Below, piece after piece: positions 1 through 9,013 of a DNA stretch of 64,000 nucleotides (position 1 is the first letter of the stretch; the number at the start of each line of letters is the position of its first letter). This DNA is from a virus (taxonomy: Duplodnaviria; Caudoviricetes): the IMG/VR virus record IMGVR_UViG_3300028886_001681, positions 1 through 64,000 of that record. One strand, 5' to 3'. The translations under genes and the position numbers were made by a program. Below the pieces are notes generated by a model. The model saw only the letters and a program-made list of their open reading frames with translations. It did not search any database and had not been told where the DNA came from.

Positions 1-1
1 G

Positions 2-424
2 CTTGACGGAATCGTTGGCTCTTTGCAGAATTCGGATTATTCCTTCGTTGTCGCCTCTGATGTGGACGGATTGAAGGATATCAACTCTTTCGGAAAGGCC
101 GATGTCCCCTACAGTCAGTATGTTGACGAGGACAAGAACCTTTACTTTGAGTTCGCCTTGGCTGGAGTGTCGAAGGACTCAATAGAACTCACCAAGACAG
201 GCAAATCCATCGAAATCACCGTCAAGGCTGTCGAAGAAAAGGACAAATTTGCCTACACTCACAAAGGAATCAAGTTCCCCAAGGACAAGGATGTTTCAAT
301 CGCCACAATCGACATCACCGACAAGTATGTTGACGAACCGATTGTTTCATTTGAGAACGGACTTTTGAAAGTGAAGTTCGTGATTAAGCCTGAGGAAATG
401 CCGAAAAAACTCGCCATCAACTAA
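2..424 (+). CDS. Small heat shock protein (Hsp20/alpha-crystallin family), 5' end probably outside the window
   Basis: FEFALAGVSKDSIEL and SFENGLLKVKF match the alpha-crystallin domain. The frame is open to the window edge and lies upstream of groEL. Confidence 0.85.
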   Translation, partial: LDGIVGSLQNSDYSFVVASDVDGLKDINSFGKADVPYSQYVDEDKNLYFEFALAGVSKDSIELTKTGKSIEITVKAVEEKDKFAYTHKGIKFPKDKDVSIATIDITDKYVDEPIVSFENGLLKVKFVIKPEEMPKKLAIN

Positions 425-533
425 CGGCTAAACATTGCCTTGTCACGAAAGTTGTATGTTTTTCGTGACAAGGCTTGACTTTAATTCAAATCTCATTCAA
501 ACTACATTCAATACAAAGAAATGGAGGAATCAT

Positions 534-2153
534 ATGTCAATTCACAATGAAGTGAAATTTGGAAAAGACGCCCAAGACGACATTTACAAAGGAGCGCGAA
601 TTGTCGCCAAGGCGGTCGCTAGTTCGCTAGGCCCGAACGGAAAATGCGGAATCATCGAAGGGTTCAACGGAACTTCCTACACGGTCACCAAGGACGGAGT
701 TTCAATCGCCAAGGCGGTCGGCAAGTTGAAGAACCAACACCAAAACATCGGAGCCAACTTGATGAAGAATATTGCTAGCGAAAGCGCGAAAGTGGGCGAT
801 GGAACTACAACCGCGTCCGTGCTTGGACTAGCCATGTTGGAGAACGGAAGAAAGTATCTTGCTAGCGGAGTGAAACCTTCTGACTTAAAGAAAGGAATCG
901 ATGTCGCAACCAAGATGGCGGTCGATAAAATCAAGGAAAAGTCGAAGGACATCCGCAACCAAAACGACATCTTGAACATCGCCACTATCGCGTCCAACAA
1001 CGACGAGAGAATTGGAAAGTTGGTCGCAGAGGCTTACGCTCAAATTGGAGAGGATGGAATTCTCACAGTTGAGGATTCGCAGAAAACGGAGACATATCTT
1101 GAATTTGTCGAAGGCATGCAATTCAACAACGGCTATGAAAGCCAATACTTTGTCAACAACGACAGAATGACTTGCGAACTCAAGAACCCCTACATACTCA
1201 TCACCGACGAAGAAATTAACAACCTCAATGTGTTGGGAAAAATCTTGAATCAAATCGCCAACGAAGGCCGTCCCTTGCTCATCGTAGCCAACGGATATGG
1301 CGGACAGACAATGCCAGCCCTAGTTTTCAACGCGATGAACAAGACGCTCCAAGTGTGTGCGGTGAAGTCGCCTGAATTCGGAGAGATGAGAAAGGAAATC
1401 TTGACCGATATGGCAGTGTTGACTAAAGGCTCGTTCATCTCCGAATCGCTAGGAAAGTCGCTCTTGAAAATGACAATGGACGACTTGGGAAGCGCGGAAA
1501 AGGTTGTCATTTCAAAGGACAACACCTTGATTGTCGGAGGAAAGTGCGAGAAGTCCGCTCTCGACGAGAGAGTTGAGCGCATCAAGTCGGAGATGGCGGT
1601 CGAAACAGTGGAAGCCAAGAAAGACAAGATGAAGAAGAGAATCGCCTCGTTGACAGGCGGAGTTTGCGTTCTCCGAGTTTACGCGGACAACGAAGTCGAG
1701 ATGAAGGAGTTGAAAGACCGCATTGAGGACACGATTTGTTCCGTCAAGGCTTCCGTCAAGGAAGGAATCGTTTTAGGCGGAGGAGTTACCTTGTTGAAGG
1801 TTTCTTCCGAACTCGTTCCTCCGAAGGAATTGACCGACTCTCAAGTTTGCGGATTCAACATCGTGAAGGACGCTCTCGAAGCCCCAATCCGCCAACTCGC
1901 AGACAATAGCGGAATTTCAAGCGATGTTGTCGTCGAGAAGACTTTGGCTAAATCCGACGGAGAGAAGAACGGCTACAACTTCTCCACTATGGAATGGGAC
2001 GAGAACCTTTTCGACAAGGTTGTAGACCCCACATTGGTTGAAATCTCGGCCTTGAAGAACGCCTCGTCGTTCATAGGCCTCTACATCAACACGGAAGTCG
2101 TTATCACCACGGTGAACGAGGATGAACCCAAGGCTTGCGATTGCGGAAGATAA
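534..2153 (+). CDS. groEL: Chaperonin GroEL (Cpn60)
   Basis: SSLGPNG, VTKDGVSIA, GDGTTTA and EGMQFNNGYES motifs. Start at ATG 534 after the SD GGAGG. Confidence 0.97.
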   Translation: MSIHNEVKFGKDAQDDIYKGARIVAKAVASSLGPNGKCGIIEGFNGTSYTVTKDGVSIAKAVGKLKNQHQNIGANLMKNIASESAKVGDGTTTASVLGLAMLENGRKYLASGVKPSDLKKGIDVATKMAVDKIKEKSKDIRNQNDILNIATIASNNDERIGKLVAEAYAQIGEDGILTVEDSQKTETYLEFVEGMQFNNGYESQYFVNNDRMTCELKNPYILITDEEINNLNVLGKILNQIANEGRPLLIVANGYGGQTMPALVFNAMNKTLQVCAVKSPEFGEMRKEILTDMAVLTKGSFISESLGKSLLKMTMDDLGSAEKVVISKDNTLIVGGKCEKSALDERVERIKSEMAVETVEAKKDKMKKRIASLTGGVCVLRVYADNEVEMKELKDRIEDTICSVKASVKEGIVLGGGVTLLKVSSELVPPKELTDSQVCGFNIVKDALEAPIRQLADNSGISSDVVVEKTLAKSDGEKNGYNFSTMEWDENLFDKVVDPTLVEISALKNASSFIGLYINTEVVITTVNEDEPKACDCGR

Positions 2154-2165
2154 GGAGATTGAATT

Positions 2166-2417
2166 ATGAATGAAATTATTCCCATGAATGATTATTTGCT
2201 CGTTGAAATCGAGGAAAAGAAAAACGAAGGGGTTTATTTCGGCGAAACCAAGGACAAGCCGAAGGAAGGAACAATCTTGGCTTTCTCGAAGGAATGCAAG
2301 AACAAGAACTTTGAGAAAGGAAAGAAAGTCGTAATCAACCGATACGAAATGATTCCGAACGGAGATGAAGGAAGCCAATTCTTCGTTTCCGAAAAGGCGA
2401 TTATCGCCATGCTATAA
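2166..2417 (+). CDS. groES: Co-chaperonin GroES (Cpn10)-like
   Basis: IIPMNDYLLVE N-terminus and SEKAIIAML C-terminus fit Cpn10. It follows groEL directly, with SD AAGGAG. Confidence 0.8.
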   Translation: MNEIIPMNDYLLVEIEEKKNEGVYFGETKDKPKEGTILAFSKECKNKNFEKGKKVVINRYEMIPNGDEGSQFFVSEKAIIAML

Positions 2418-2440
2418 TCGATTCGGACATCGAGGAGAGG

Positions 2441-2470
2441 AAAGCCCTAGATTGATTTCTAGGGCTTTTT
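2441..2470 (+). terminator. Rho-independent terminator of the chaperone operon
   Basis: AAAGCCCTAGA-ttgatt-TCTAGGGCTTTTT. Confidence 0.85.
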
Positions 2471-2495
2471 AACTTTTTAATAAGTTAAGAAAGTT

Positions 2496-2523
2496 AAAAA
2501 CCGCCCAATCCAAGGGCGGTTTT
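2496..2523 (-). terminator. Terminator for the convergent minus-strand gene (potentially bidirectional)
   Basis: AAAAACCGCCC-aatccaa-GGGCGGTTTT. Confidence 0.8.
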
Positions 2524-2526
2524 GAT

Positions 2527-3108
2527 TCATTTGCTAATTTTTTTCACTTTTTTAACGACGGTCGTCGGCTCGCTTACCTCATCGGTTCTTACATGGCGAA
2601 TGAACTTTTCCTTCTGCAAATCCTCGTTGGCCTTGTCTTGTGTTTTTAACGCGATTAATTCCGACCTCATGTTCTGTGACAGTTGGACGATTTGTTGGCT
2701 ATTGGCTTTCCAACTTTCCATGATTCTGTAATAGAACGATTTTCTTTTTTCCGAAATGATTAGTTTCTGTTGCCAATCGACATATTCTGACTTGTTGGCG
2801 ACAATCAAGTTCTGCTCGATTTCCGTGGTGGATGCCATCTTCGTCTTAGCGGTGACTCCTTCATTCAAGGAAGTCTTGCTCTTCAAGAACTTCTCTGCAT
2901 ACCAAATCTTGTATTCGAGTTTGAGATTGTCGTCCTCCAAACTGACGGACTCATACAAAGTCAAAATATATCTAGTTATCGAAAAATAATTTCCCAAGCA
3001 CTCATTCAATGATTCTGGCGAAATCTCTCCGTTTTGAATCAAGTTGCCGATGTCGTTTATGAACTCGATTTTCTCACTGTCGTCCTCAAGGAAACTGAAA
3101 TCAACCAT
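2527..3108 (-). CDS. Helical protein, possibly a UvsY-like recombination mediator
   Basis: 193 aa from the ATG after SD GGAGG. The EIEQ..I...EY..WQQKL pattern resembles UvsY-like proteins; the function is tentative. Confidence 0.6.
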   Translation of the reverse strand: MVDFSFLEDDSEKIEFINDIGNLIQNGEISPESLNECLGNYFSITRYILTLYESVSLEDDNLKLEYKIWYAEKFLKSKTSLNEGVTAKTKMASTTEIEQNLIVANKSEYVDWQQKLIISEKRKSFYYRIMESWKANSQQIVQLSQNMRSELIALKTQDKANEDLQKEKFIRHVRTDEVSEPTTVVKKVKKISK

Positions 3109-3130
3109 GCAAATCCTCCATATGACTGAC

Positions 3131-3159
3131 ATTATATCAAAACTCGAAAAATTGTTCAA
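3131..3159 (-). promoter_or_regulatory. Sigma70-type promoter
   Basis: TTGAAC-17-TATAAT on the minus strand. Confidence 0.7.
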
Positions 3160-3169
3160 TGAATTTTGA

Positions 3170-3176
3170 TAACTAT
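3170..3176 (+). promoter_or_regulatory. Putative phage late promoter (YAACTAT)
   Basis: TAACTAT in the intergenic gap before 3214; recurrent motif. Confidence 0.55.
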
Positions 3177-3213
3177 TTTTCAAAACAAAATGAAGGAAAT
3201 ATGGAGGAATGAA

Positions 3214-3765
3214 ATGAACCCTAGAAATGTAGAGTACGCCAATTACGACTCTTACCTAGAAAGCCTAATCAAAAGTCTTTCCAATTTTTGTGACAAATGT
3301 CCATTGAAGCCCAAAATTCATGTGGTGAAGGATTTAGGAAAGATTTACATCCGCTACAATGAAAAAGAGATTGAGATTGTGATTGATGTCACGAAGGACA
3401 AGAAGAAGGTAATCGGCGACTTGAAGAAAGAAATCGAAAAAGATTATCCGATTGTATACGAAAAGACCACGAGGGTGCCTAGCGCGGACGAGGTTCGTGA
3501 GATTTTAGGGAAGGGTAAGACTTTGGAAGAGGCCTTGAACACTACGAAAACCGTCTATAAGAAACTTTACAAAATAGAGCGCGTTCACGACCGATATAAC
3601 GAGTTCGATGTGCTTTCAATCAAGGACGGAGAAATGTATAAATGCAAGTGCAAGATTCCGTTGACCGCTTTGTTGGAGGACTTGAAGCATTTGGGAAAGG
3701 ATTCGGAGGCGGTCGAGCATTTGAGCCTTTTGTATAAGTTGAATTCTGTCGGAGGTTCTAAATGA
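3214..3765 (+). CDS. Hypothetical protein
   Basis: 183-aa ORF with SD GGAGG. Confidence 0.75.
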   Translation: MNPRNVEYANYDSYLESLIKSLSNFCDKCPLKPKIHVVKDLGKIYIRYNEKEIEIVIDVTKDKKKVIGDLKKEIEKDYPIVYEKTTRVPSADEVREILGKGKTLEEALNTTKTVYKKLYKIERVHDRYNEFDVLSIKDGEMYKCKCKIPLTALLEDLKHLGKDSEAVEHLSLLYKLNSVGGSK

Positions 3766-3872
3766 GAGTGGATTGGTGCGAAAGCGAATTTAAGATGAAA
3801 ATTTACCTTTTTTTAATTAAGCGAGAATTCGGACGAAGGTTGCTTCTAGCGTTGAGCGAATAAATTCGAGGG

Positions 3873-3901
3873 TTGACTTCGCCTCGACTTTTGAATAAAA
3901 T
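3873..3901 (+). promoter_or_regulatory. Sigma70-type promoter
   Basis: TTGACT-17-TAAAAT. Confidence 0.75.
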
Positions 3902-3925
3902 GTGTCGAATAAATGGAGGAATCAT

Positions 3926-4888
3926 ATGTATAATGTGTTGATGTTCGATGTATACAATGTGTTTCATCGAGTGTTCTTCGGCAACGAAACTCTCACTAAG
4001 GTGGACAACAAACTCATACCCATAGACGCCATATGCAAATATTTTGAACTTTGCAACAATTACATTGAAAAATACGGAGTCAAGAGGGATTGCAAAATAT
4101 ATTGGTTGATGGACAACGCCAAAAGCAGAATCATCAACAGAAAGTTCATTGACGAAGACTATAAGAAAAATAGAAAGGAGATGCCTGAGCAATTTTACGA
4201 CGCTTTGAATTTCATCGAACTTATCTTGAAATTTTATAGAGATGGAATTCTTTATCGCAAGCAAGGCATAGAGGCGGATGATTATGTAGAGAATATAATC
4301 GACGCTTATGTGGGGGAGCACGACCATGTTTTGCTTTTTTCAAACGATATGGATTGGTCTAGGTCTTTGATGTTGGATGAAGAGCACGACATTAAGGTTG
4401 ACCAATACATCAAAAACAACGAGATATTGACTGTCAAGAGTTTTGAAGAAAAATACGGATTCAAACCAACAGTCAACAACATCACTATGTTCAAAACTAT
4501 GTATGGGGACAACGCGGACAATATTCCCTCGACATTGCCCAATTATCCCAAACAATATTTTTTGGACGCTTTGAGATACAACCACATAGACGCTTTCATT
4601 CGCGACGCTTTGGAGGGAAAGATGGCGTATCTTGATGGAGGGTGGCGAATCAAAATCAAGCAACTCCAAGAACGGATGCGAATGAATTGGAATCTTATTT
4701 CTGCGATAAGTATCAATGTCTCCGACCTTGAGAATTGGAAAGTTGAATGCTCTTTCAAACCCAACAAACTTTTGATAATATATAGCGCTTTGAATGTCAT
4801 GGGTAGATTCGACAAAAGAGTGGGGTATGACAAGAAAGGCTCGAATTTGTTGGACATGTTGGAAGGTGAAACTGTAAACCGAGCGTAA
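3926..4888 (+). CDS. 5'-3' exonuclease / flap endonuclease (T4 RNase H, PolI N-terminal-like)
   Basis: FDVYN, YKKNR, EADD, SNDMD and GDNADNIP motifs. Confidence 0.9.
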   Translation: MYNVLMFDVYNVFHRVFFGNETLTKVDNKLIPIDAICKYFELCNNYIEKYGVKRDCKIYWLMDNAKSRIINRKFIDEDYKKNRKEMPEQFYDALNFIELILKFYRDGILYRKQGIEADDYVENIIDAYVGEHDHVLLFSNDMDWSRSLMLDEEHDIKVDQYIKNNEILTVKSFEEKYGFKPTVNNITMFKTMYGDNADNIPSTLPNYPKQYFLDALRYNHIDAFIRDALEGKMAYLDGGWRIKIKQLQERMRMNWNLISAISINVSDLENWKVECSFKPNKLLIIYSALNVMGRFDKRVGYDKKGSNLLDMLEGETVNRA

Positions 4889-4903
4889 AGGAGGATTTAA
4901 GGA

Positions 4904-5107
4904 ATGAGCAAGAAACCAGACGCGTTTGTGAGAAGGTTCATTGAATGGAGTGCCTTTCATGGTTGCCCGATTTTAGTCGAAGACGACGATGGCACTTGGA
5001 AGGAATACCACGGAAAGAAGTTTGATTGGTTGCACAGAAATTATAAAATCGACAACCGTTCACATGAGGATTATTATAGCAGACTGTATGCTCATGGAGT
5101 GAATTAG
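4904..5107 (+). CDS. Hypothetical protein
   Basis: 67-aa ORF with SD, directly after the exonuclease. Confidence 0.6.
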   Translation: MSKKPDAFVRRFIEWSAFHGCPILVEDDDGTWKEYHGKKFDWLHRNYKIDNRSHEDYYSRLYAHGVN

Positions 5108-5511
5108 ATTGAATTTAGTATGACCGCCTTGGTGTTCACGCCTATAGCCAAGTCCGCATTGTAGGCCACTATTCCTATCTCCCACCTCTCCTTCTCCACA
5201 TTGGCGACCACAGTAACTTCGACAGGTGTCAATGGGGGAGTGAAGTCGTTCTGCAATCCTTGGGTTATGATGCCCTTCATTTCGTCCGCCTTGTCGTCGT
5301 CCATCATTTTTCCTAAATAAGGGTATAATATTCCTCCGCCCAAAGAGCGGACTTTTTCGTTTCTCTTAGAGGCAAGCCACATTTTGACCGCTTGAGCCAA
5401 AGCGTCTGAGTTTTCCATGTCCGCCAAGGAGCCGTCCTTGTTCACCTTCTTGTAGAAAGGGTAGTCGAAGTAGAGAGTGTGGTTGTTTTCGTTGCTTGCA
5501 AATGTTTCCAT
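5104..5511 (-). CDS. Baseplate wedge protein, gp25/GPW-like
   Basis: ALAQAVKMWL..RNEKVR..GG.L..YL and I..GL.NDF.P patterns, 135 aa. Confidence 0.7.
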   Translation of the reverse strand: METFASNENNHTLYFDYPFYKKVNKDGSLADMENSDALAQAVKMWLASKRNEKVRSLGGGILYPYLGKMMDDDKADEMKGIITQGLQNDFTPPLTPVEVTVVANVEKERWEIGIVAYNADLAIGVNTKAVILNSI

Positions 5512-5518
5512 ATGTCAA

Positions 5519-5529
5519 ATAGTTACTAT
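5519..5529. promoter_or_regulatory. Overlapping divergent YAACTAT-type promoters
   Basis: ATAGTTACTAT contains TAACTAT on the minus strand and TTACTAT on the plus strand, each 7 nt from an ATG (5511 and 5537). Confidence 0.6.
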
Positions 5530-5536
5530 TTTGGGT

Positions 5537-6550
5537 ATGAACATGGTTGACTTTGAAAAAGCGAAAAATTCACTCATAAACGCAGTCGAGTTGTTCTTGT
5601 CTTGCGAAGGATACGGACAAGTCGAGGAGAACATCAAAGGCTTCGACCCAAGCGAGAACTTCTTCATGTCCGCCTTGTATGAATATATTGATTTTGTCGA
5701 AATTCTCTCTTATGAAAAAATCGGAAACTTGGAAACATTCAACATTTATGTTCCCATGTTGGGAAGAAATATTCTTGTTTTGTTGGAGTCAACCAACGAA
5801 GTTCCTTACAGAATAAAGTTCGATGAAGAGGATGGAGAGCGAAAGTTGTCCAAGTTGAGGGAAAATAAGGCTATTGTTCCTAGCGATGTGAAAAAGTTTT
5901 ATAGAAGAGGGATTAAGGAGAATTTGTCGTTGCAAGACATCCGCTCTAAAGATGTGTATGCTAAGAACGCCCATGTGAACAAATTTTACAACATAAGGAA
6001 GGATTTGGTCGGAACCCCTAACAAAAACATCAAGTTTATAACATCGCAACTCAATGAGGATGGCTCGGCGGACTTCTTGTTTCAAACTGTAGTCACCCCA
6101 TATGAAGACCCAAACCATGTATACAAGGAATTGACGGACGCACCCATAGCGGACATCGTGAATAGCGGAGCGATGAAGGTCAACAATAGCGGAGAATACA
6201 TGATGTGCCTCCGAGTGAACGACTTTTGGGATTTGATTGAAGAGTTGGGAATTGTGGAGAACGGTGAATTCGACAAGAACACATTGAGCGCGATTTTAGA
6301 CTTGAGCGAGGATGTGAAGTATTCGTGTAATTGCGTTTCTTATGTATGGAGCGGGATTTCTTATTTTGCAACTCAAGAAAATGCTAGCCTAATTCCGAAC
6401 AACATTTATCCTAAAAAATGGGACAAATATCGTGACGGAGCGTTGGTATGCAAGCATCTTTCAGGATTGTGCAGAAACTTAGGGTTTTTTGAGAATTTGA
6501 TGGCCATGTCAATTAAGAAAAATATGAAAGACCAAGGATTGTTAAATTAA
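5537..6550 (+). CDS. SWIM zinc-finger domain protein
   Basis: YSCNC...VCKHL (CxC-xn-CxH). Confidence 0.75.
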   Translation: MNMVDFEKAKNSLINAVELFLSCEGYGQVEENIKGFDPSENFFMSALYEYIDFVEILSYEKIGNLETFNIYVPMLGRNILVLLESTNEVPYRIKFDEEDGERKLSKLRENKAIVPSDVKKFYRRGIKENLSLQDIRSKDVYAKNAHVNKFYNIRKDLVGTPNKNIKFITSQLNEDGSADFLFQTVVTPYEDPNHVYKELTDAPIADIVNSGAMKVNNSGEYMMCLRVNDFWDLIEELGIVENGEFDKNTLSAILDLSEDVKYSCNCVSYVWSGISYFATQENASLIPNNIYPKKWDKYRDGALVCKHLSGLCRNLGFFENLMAMSIKKNMKDQGLLN

Positions 6551-6598
6551 TGTATATTTAGAACAACAAACACCAAGTTTTGTTTATCATATGATGCA

Positions 6599-6856
6599 TT
6601 ATGAACGAGACTGCGATTCTGCCGATTTCTCGTAAAACCATTTCTTCATCTTTTTCTTGTACTCCTTTCTAGTAAGTTTCAGAATGTCTTTCACATACTT
6701 TTTCTCGAAGCAACAGTTGCACAAAGAGTCAACCAACTTGTCGTTCTCGTCAAACACCATCACTGAATAGAGGTTCAGTCCTAGCAATTCCGCCATTATT
6801 ATTCTGCCGTTTTTAAATCTCTTTTCTTTCAGAATTTTTTTAATTCCGTAGTTCAT
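6599..6856 (-). CDS. Hypothetical basic protein
   Basis: 85-aa ORF; ATG 9 nt downstream of CAACTAT. Confidence 0.55.
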   Translation of the reverse strand: MNYGIKKILKEKRFKNGRIIMAELLGLNLYSVMVFDENDKLVDSLCNCCFEKKYVKDILKLTRKEYKKKMKKWFYEKSAESQSRS

Positions 6857-6865
6857 TGGAAAAAG

Positions 6866-6872
6866 ATAGTTG
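6866..6872 (-). promoter_or_regulatory. Putative late promoter (YAACTAT)
   Basis: CAACTAT on the minus strand. Confidence 0.55.
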
Positions 6873-6888
6873 ATTTTTTCTCGAATTT

Positions 6889-6895
6889 TAACTAT
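6889..6895 (+). promoter_or_regulatory. Putative late promoter (YAACTAT) for the portal gene
   Basis: TAACTAT upstream of SD AGGAG and ATG 6928. Confidence 0.6.
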
Positions 6896-6927
6896 TTTGA
6901 GATATATGATTGATAGGAGAATTGTAA

Positions 6928-8883
6928 ATGGGAAACTCTAAAGTTAATTTGGTGAATGTTTCAAAATCGAACAAACTCTATGGAAAAAACACGAGTCGAC
7001 TTCTTAATTTTTTCAACATCGGTGTGACCGACAAGGGAAATATGATTCCAACAGAGCAAGTGTTGGACAAGCGAGGAAATCCCACCCAAAAAGTCAAGCC
7101 GATAGAGATGCCCTCCGCCATGGAGAGTGCCTATCAATACATTGTTTCCAACATGAACACCGCTCCATACATGGACAACGCCTATCGATTCTTGCGCTAC
7201 AAGGACATGAAAGCGGCTTGCGCGACCGAGCCTATTCTCGAAACCGCAGTCAAGGTATATGTGAGCGAAGCCTACACTTCTGAATACGGAAAGCAGTTGG
7301 TTCAAATCAAGGCCAAAGACTCAAAACTTGAGAAGCATTTCTATGAATGGTTTGAGAATGTAGGTTTCACCGAGAATGTAATTCGCGACATCTTCACCAA
7401 CTTGGTCATGTACGGCGACGCGTTTTGGCTTAACGGAATCGACATGGAGGGAAAGGGCGGAATCACGGCAATTACTCCGATAGACCCCTTCTTGGTGTCC
7501 GACAGAATCGAATTCAATGTCGGAATGGTCGAGGAGAAGCGACAGTGGTTCAACATGGCCTTGAACTTGGCCAACACATACCCCTCTCTCCAACAAATTA
7601 TAGATATCGTGACCCAAAAGAATGTCGAGGACATAAGCATGTTCTACAAGTCATATCTTTTCGGATATACTCTAAAATTGTGGGCGGAGGAAGAGAACGG
7701 AAACTCGCAAGATGTGAAGAATGTGAAGGGTGTTCCTCCGTGGTGCATAGCGCATTGCAGGCTCTTCACGACGGACAAAGATTTCTTCCCCTTTGGAAAG
7801 CCGATGATGTTGTCCGCTTTGCCGACATACAAATCTTACAAGACCACTCAACTCTTGGTCGATATGTTGAGAAGCCAATCATTCCCTCGCGAGCATTACT
7901 CAATTAAGTGTGACGAAAACAGCGACCCCTTCACACGTCAGATGCGCATATCGGAAGCCAAGAACTTTCTCGAAGGAATCACTCCGCAGACGCAAAATCA
8001 AGACGGACTTTCAGTGGGAGCCAAAATTTACAGTTGCGAAGGCCTCGTCGACTACGACTTGTTAGACCCCTCAATTGATTTGGACGCTCTAGGCGACCTT
8101 GAGGAAAAGAAATACTCAATGTGCATGTCCACAGGCATTCCGATGACTTATTTGTGTCCTGAAGAAGGAGATGGATTGGGCGGAGACAACGCCGAGAAGT
8201 TGTATTACTTGAACAAGATTTTCCAACGAAGGGTTGACGCATTAAGAAGGGCTTTCCTTGAAACATTGGATGAAACATATCGCATGCACTTGCTCTTGAC
8301 AGAGGAATTTGACGGCGACAAGTCGGAGTTTGAATTGAGCATAGAGAATCCTATAGAGGATATAACCTCGGATAAAATTTCACAAATTAGCGATGTGTTT
8401 GGTTTGGCACAAGAAATTCTTAATGTATTGGCTAGTTCCTTCGGATTAGACCGTGGGGAGTCTTTATCACCAAATATTGTAAAATCGGTACTCGCTCAAT
8501 ATCTTCCTGTAGAAAAAGATATAATTTCTAAATGGGTAGATGAAGTTTATCATTGTGCCGAAGAAGAAAATAAAAATAGCGATAGTGATAACGAAGATGA
8601 AAATGAAAAACCAAAAGATAACATGTTTAGTAAAAAAAATAATTTGTTTGAATCATTACAAGAAAAACAAATTATGGAAAAATGTGGAGAAAAACTTAAC
8701 GAAGGATATTTTAAATATAAAAAAGAGCATGGTGTGATGGAAGGACAAATGGGAAATCGTTATTATTATAATAACACCTATCGATTAAAAGCGCATTACA
8801 AATACACCCCTCTTTATTTCTTGAAGGAAGAAATTCAAACGCAAAAAGCAAAACGAATTCAAGAAGAAATGGAAAAGAAATAA
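6928..8883 (+). CDS. Portal protein, T4 gp20-like
   Basis: RYKDMK..EP.LETAV..YVSEA, NLVMYGDAF, AHCRL...FPFGKPM and GIPMTYL patterns typical of T4-superfamily portals. Confidence 0.8.
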   Translation: MGNSKVNLVNVSKSNKLYGKNTSRLLNFFNIGVTDKGNMIPTEQVLDKRGNPTQKVKPIEMPSAMESAYQYIVSNMNTAPYMDNAYRFLRYKDMKAACATEPILETAVKVYVSEAYTSEYGKQLVQIKAKDSKLEKHFYEWFENVGFTENVIRDIFTNLVMYGDAFWLNGIDMEGKGGITAITPIDPFLVSDRIEFNVGMVEEKRQWFNMALNLANTYPSLQQIIDIVTQKNVEDISMFYKSYLFGYTLKLWAEEENGNSQDVKNVKGVPPWCIAHCRLFTTDKDFFPFGKPMMLSALPTYKSYKTTQLLVDMLRSQSFPREHYSIKCDENSDPFTRQMRISEAKNFLEGITPQTQNQDGLSVGAKIYSCEGLVDYDLLDPSIDLDALGDLEEKKYSMCMSTGIPMTYLCPEEGDGLGGDNAEKLYYLNKIFQRRVDALRRAFLETLDETYRMHLLLTEEFDGDKSEFELSIENPIEDITSDKISQISDVFGLAQEILNVLASSFGLDRGESLSPNIVKSVLAQYLPVEKDIISKWVDEVYHCAEEENKNSDSDNEDENEKPKDNMFSKKNNLFESLQEKQIMEKCGEKLNEGYFKYKKEHGVMEGQMGNRYYYNNTYRLKAHYKYTPLYFLKEEIQTQKAKRIQEEMEKK

Positions 8884-8887
8884 ACAG

Positions 8888-8918
8888 AAAAGGCCTAGAT
8901 TGATTTCTAGACCTTTTT
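8888..8918 (+). terminator. Terminator after the portal gene
   Basis: AAAAGG-CCTAGA-ttgatt-TCTAGA-CCTTTTT. Confidence 0.7.
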
Positions 8919-8929
8919 ATAAAAAACAT

Positions 8930-8936
8930 TAACTAT
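8930..8936 (+). promoter_or_regulatory. Putative late promoter (YAACTAT) for the HNH endonuclease
   Basis: TAACTAT followed 7 nt later by a 5' hairpin. Confidence 0.55.
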
Positions 8937-9013
8937 TTATAACGGAAAAGAGAGACTAAATCTGTTCCCTCTTTTCCTGGCAAATTCACAACATATAATG
9001 GAGGTTGTAAAGT

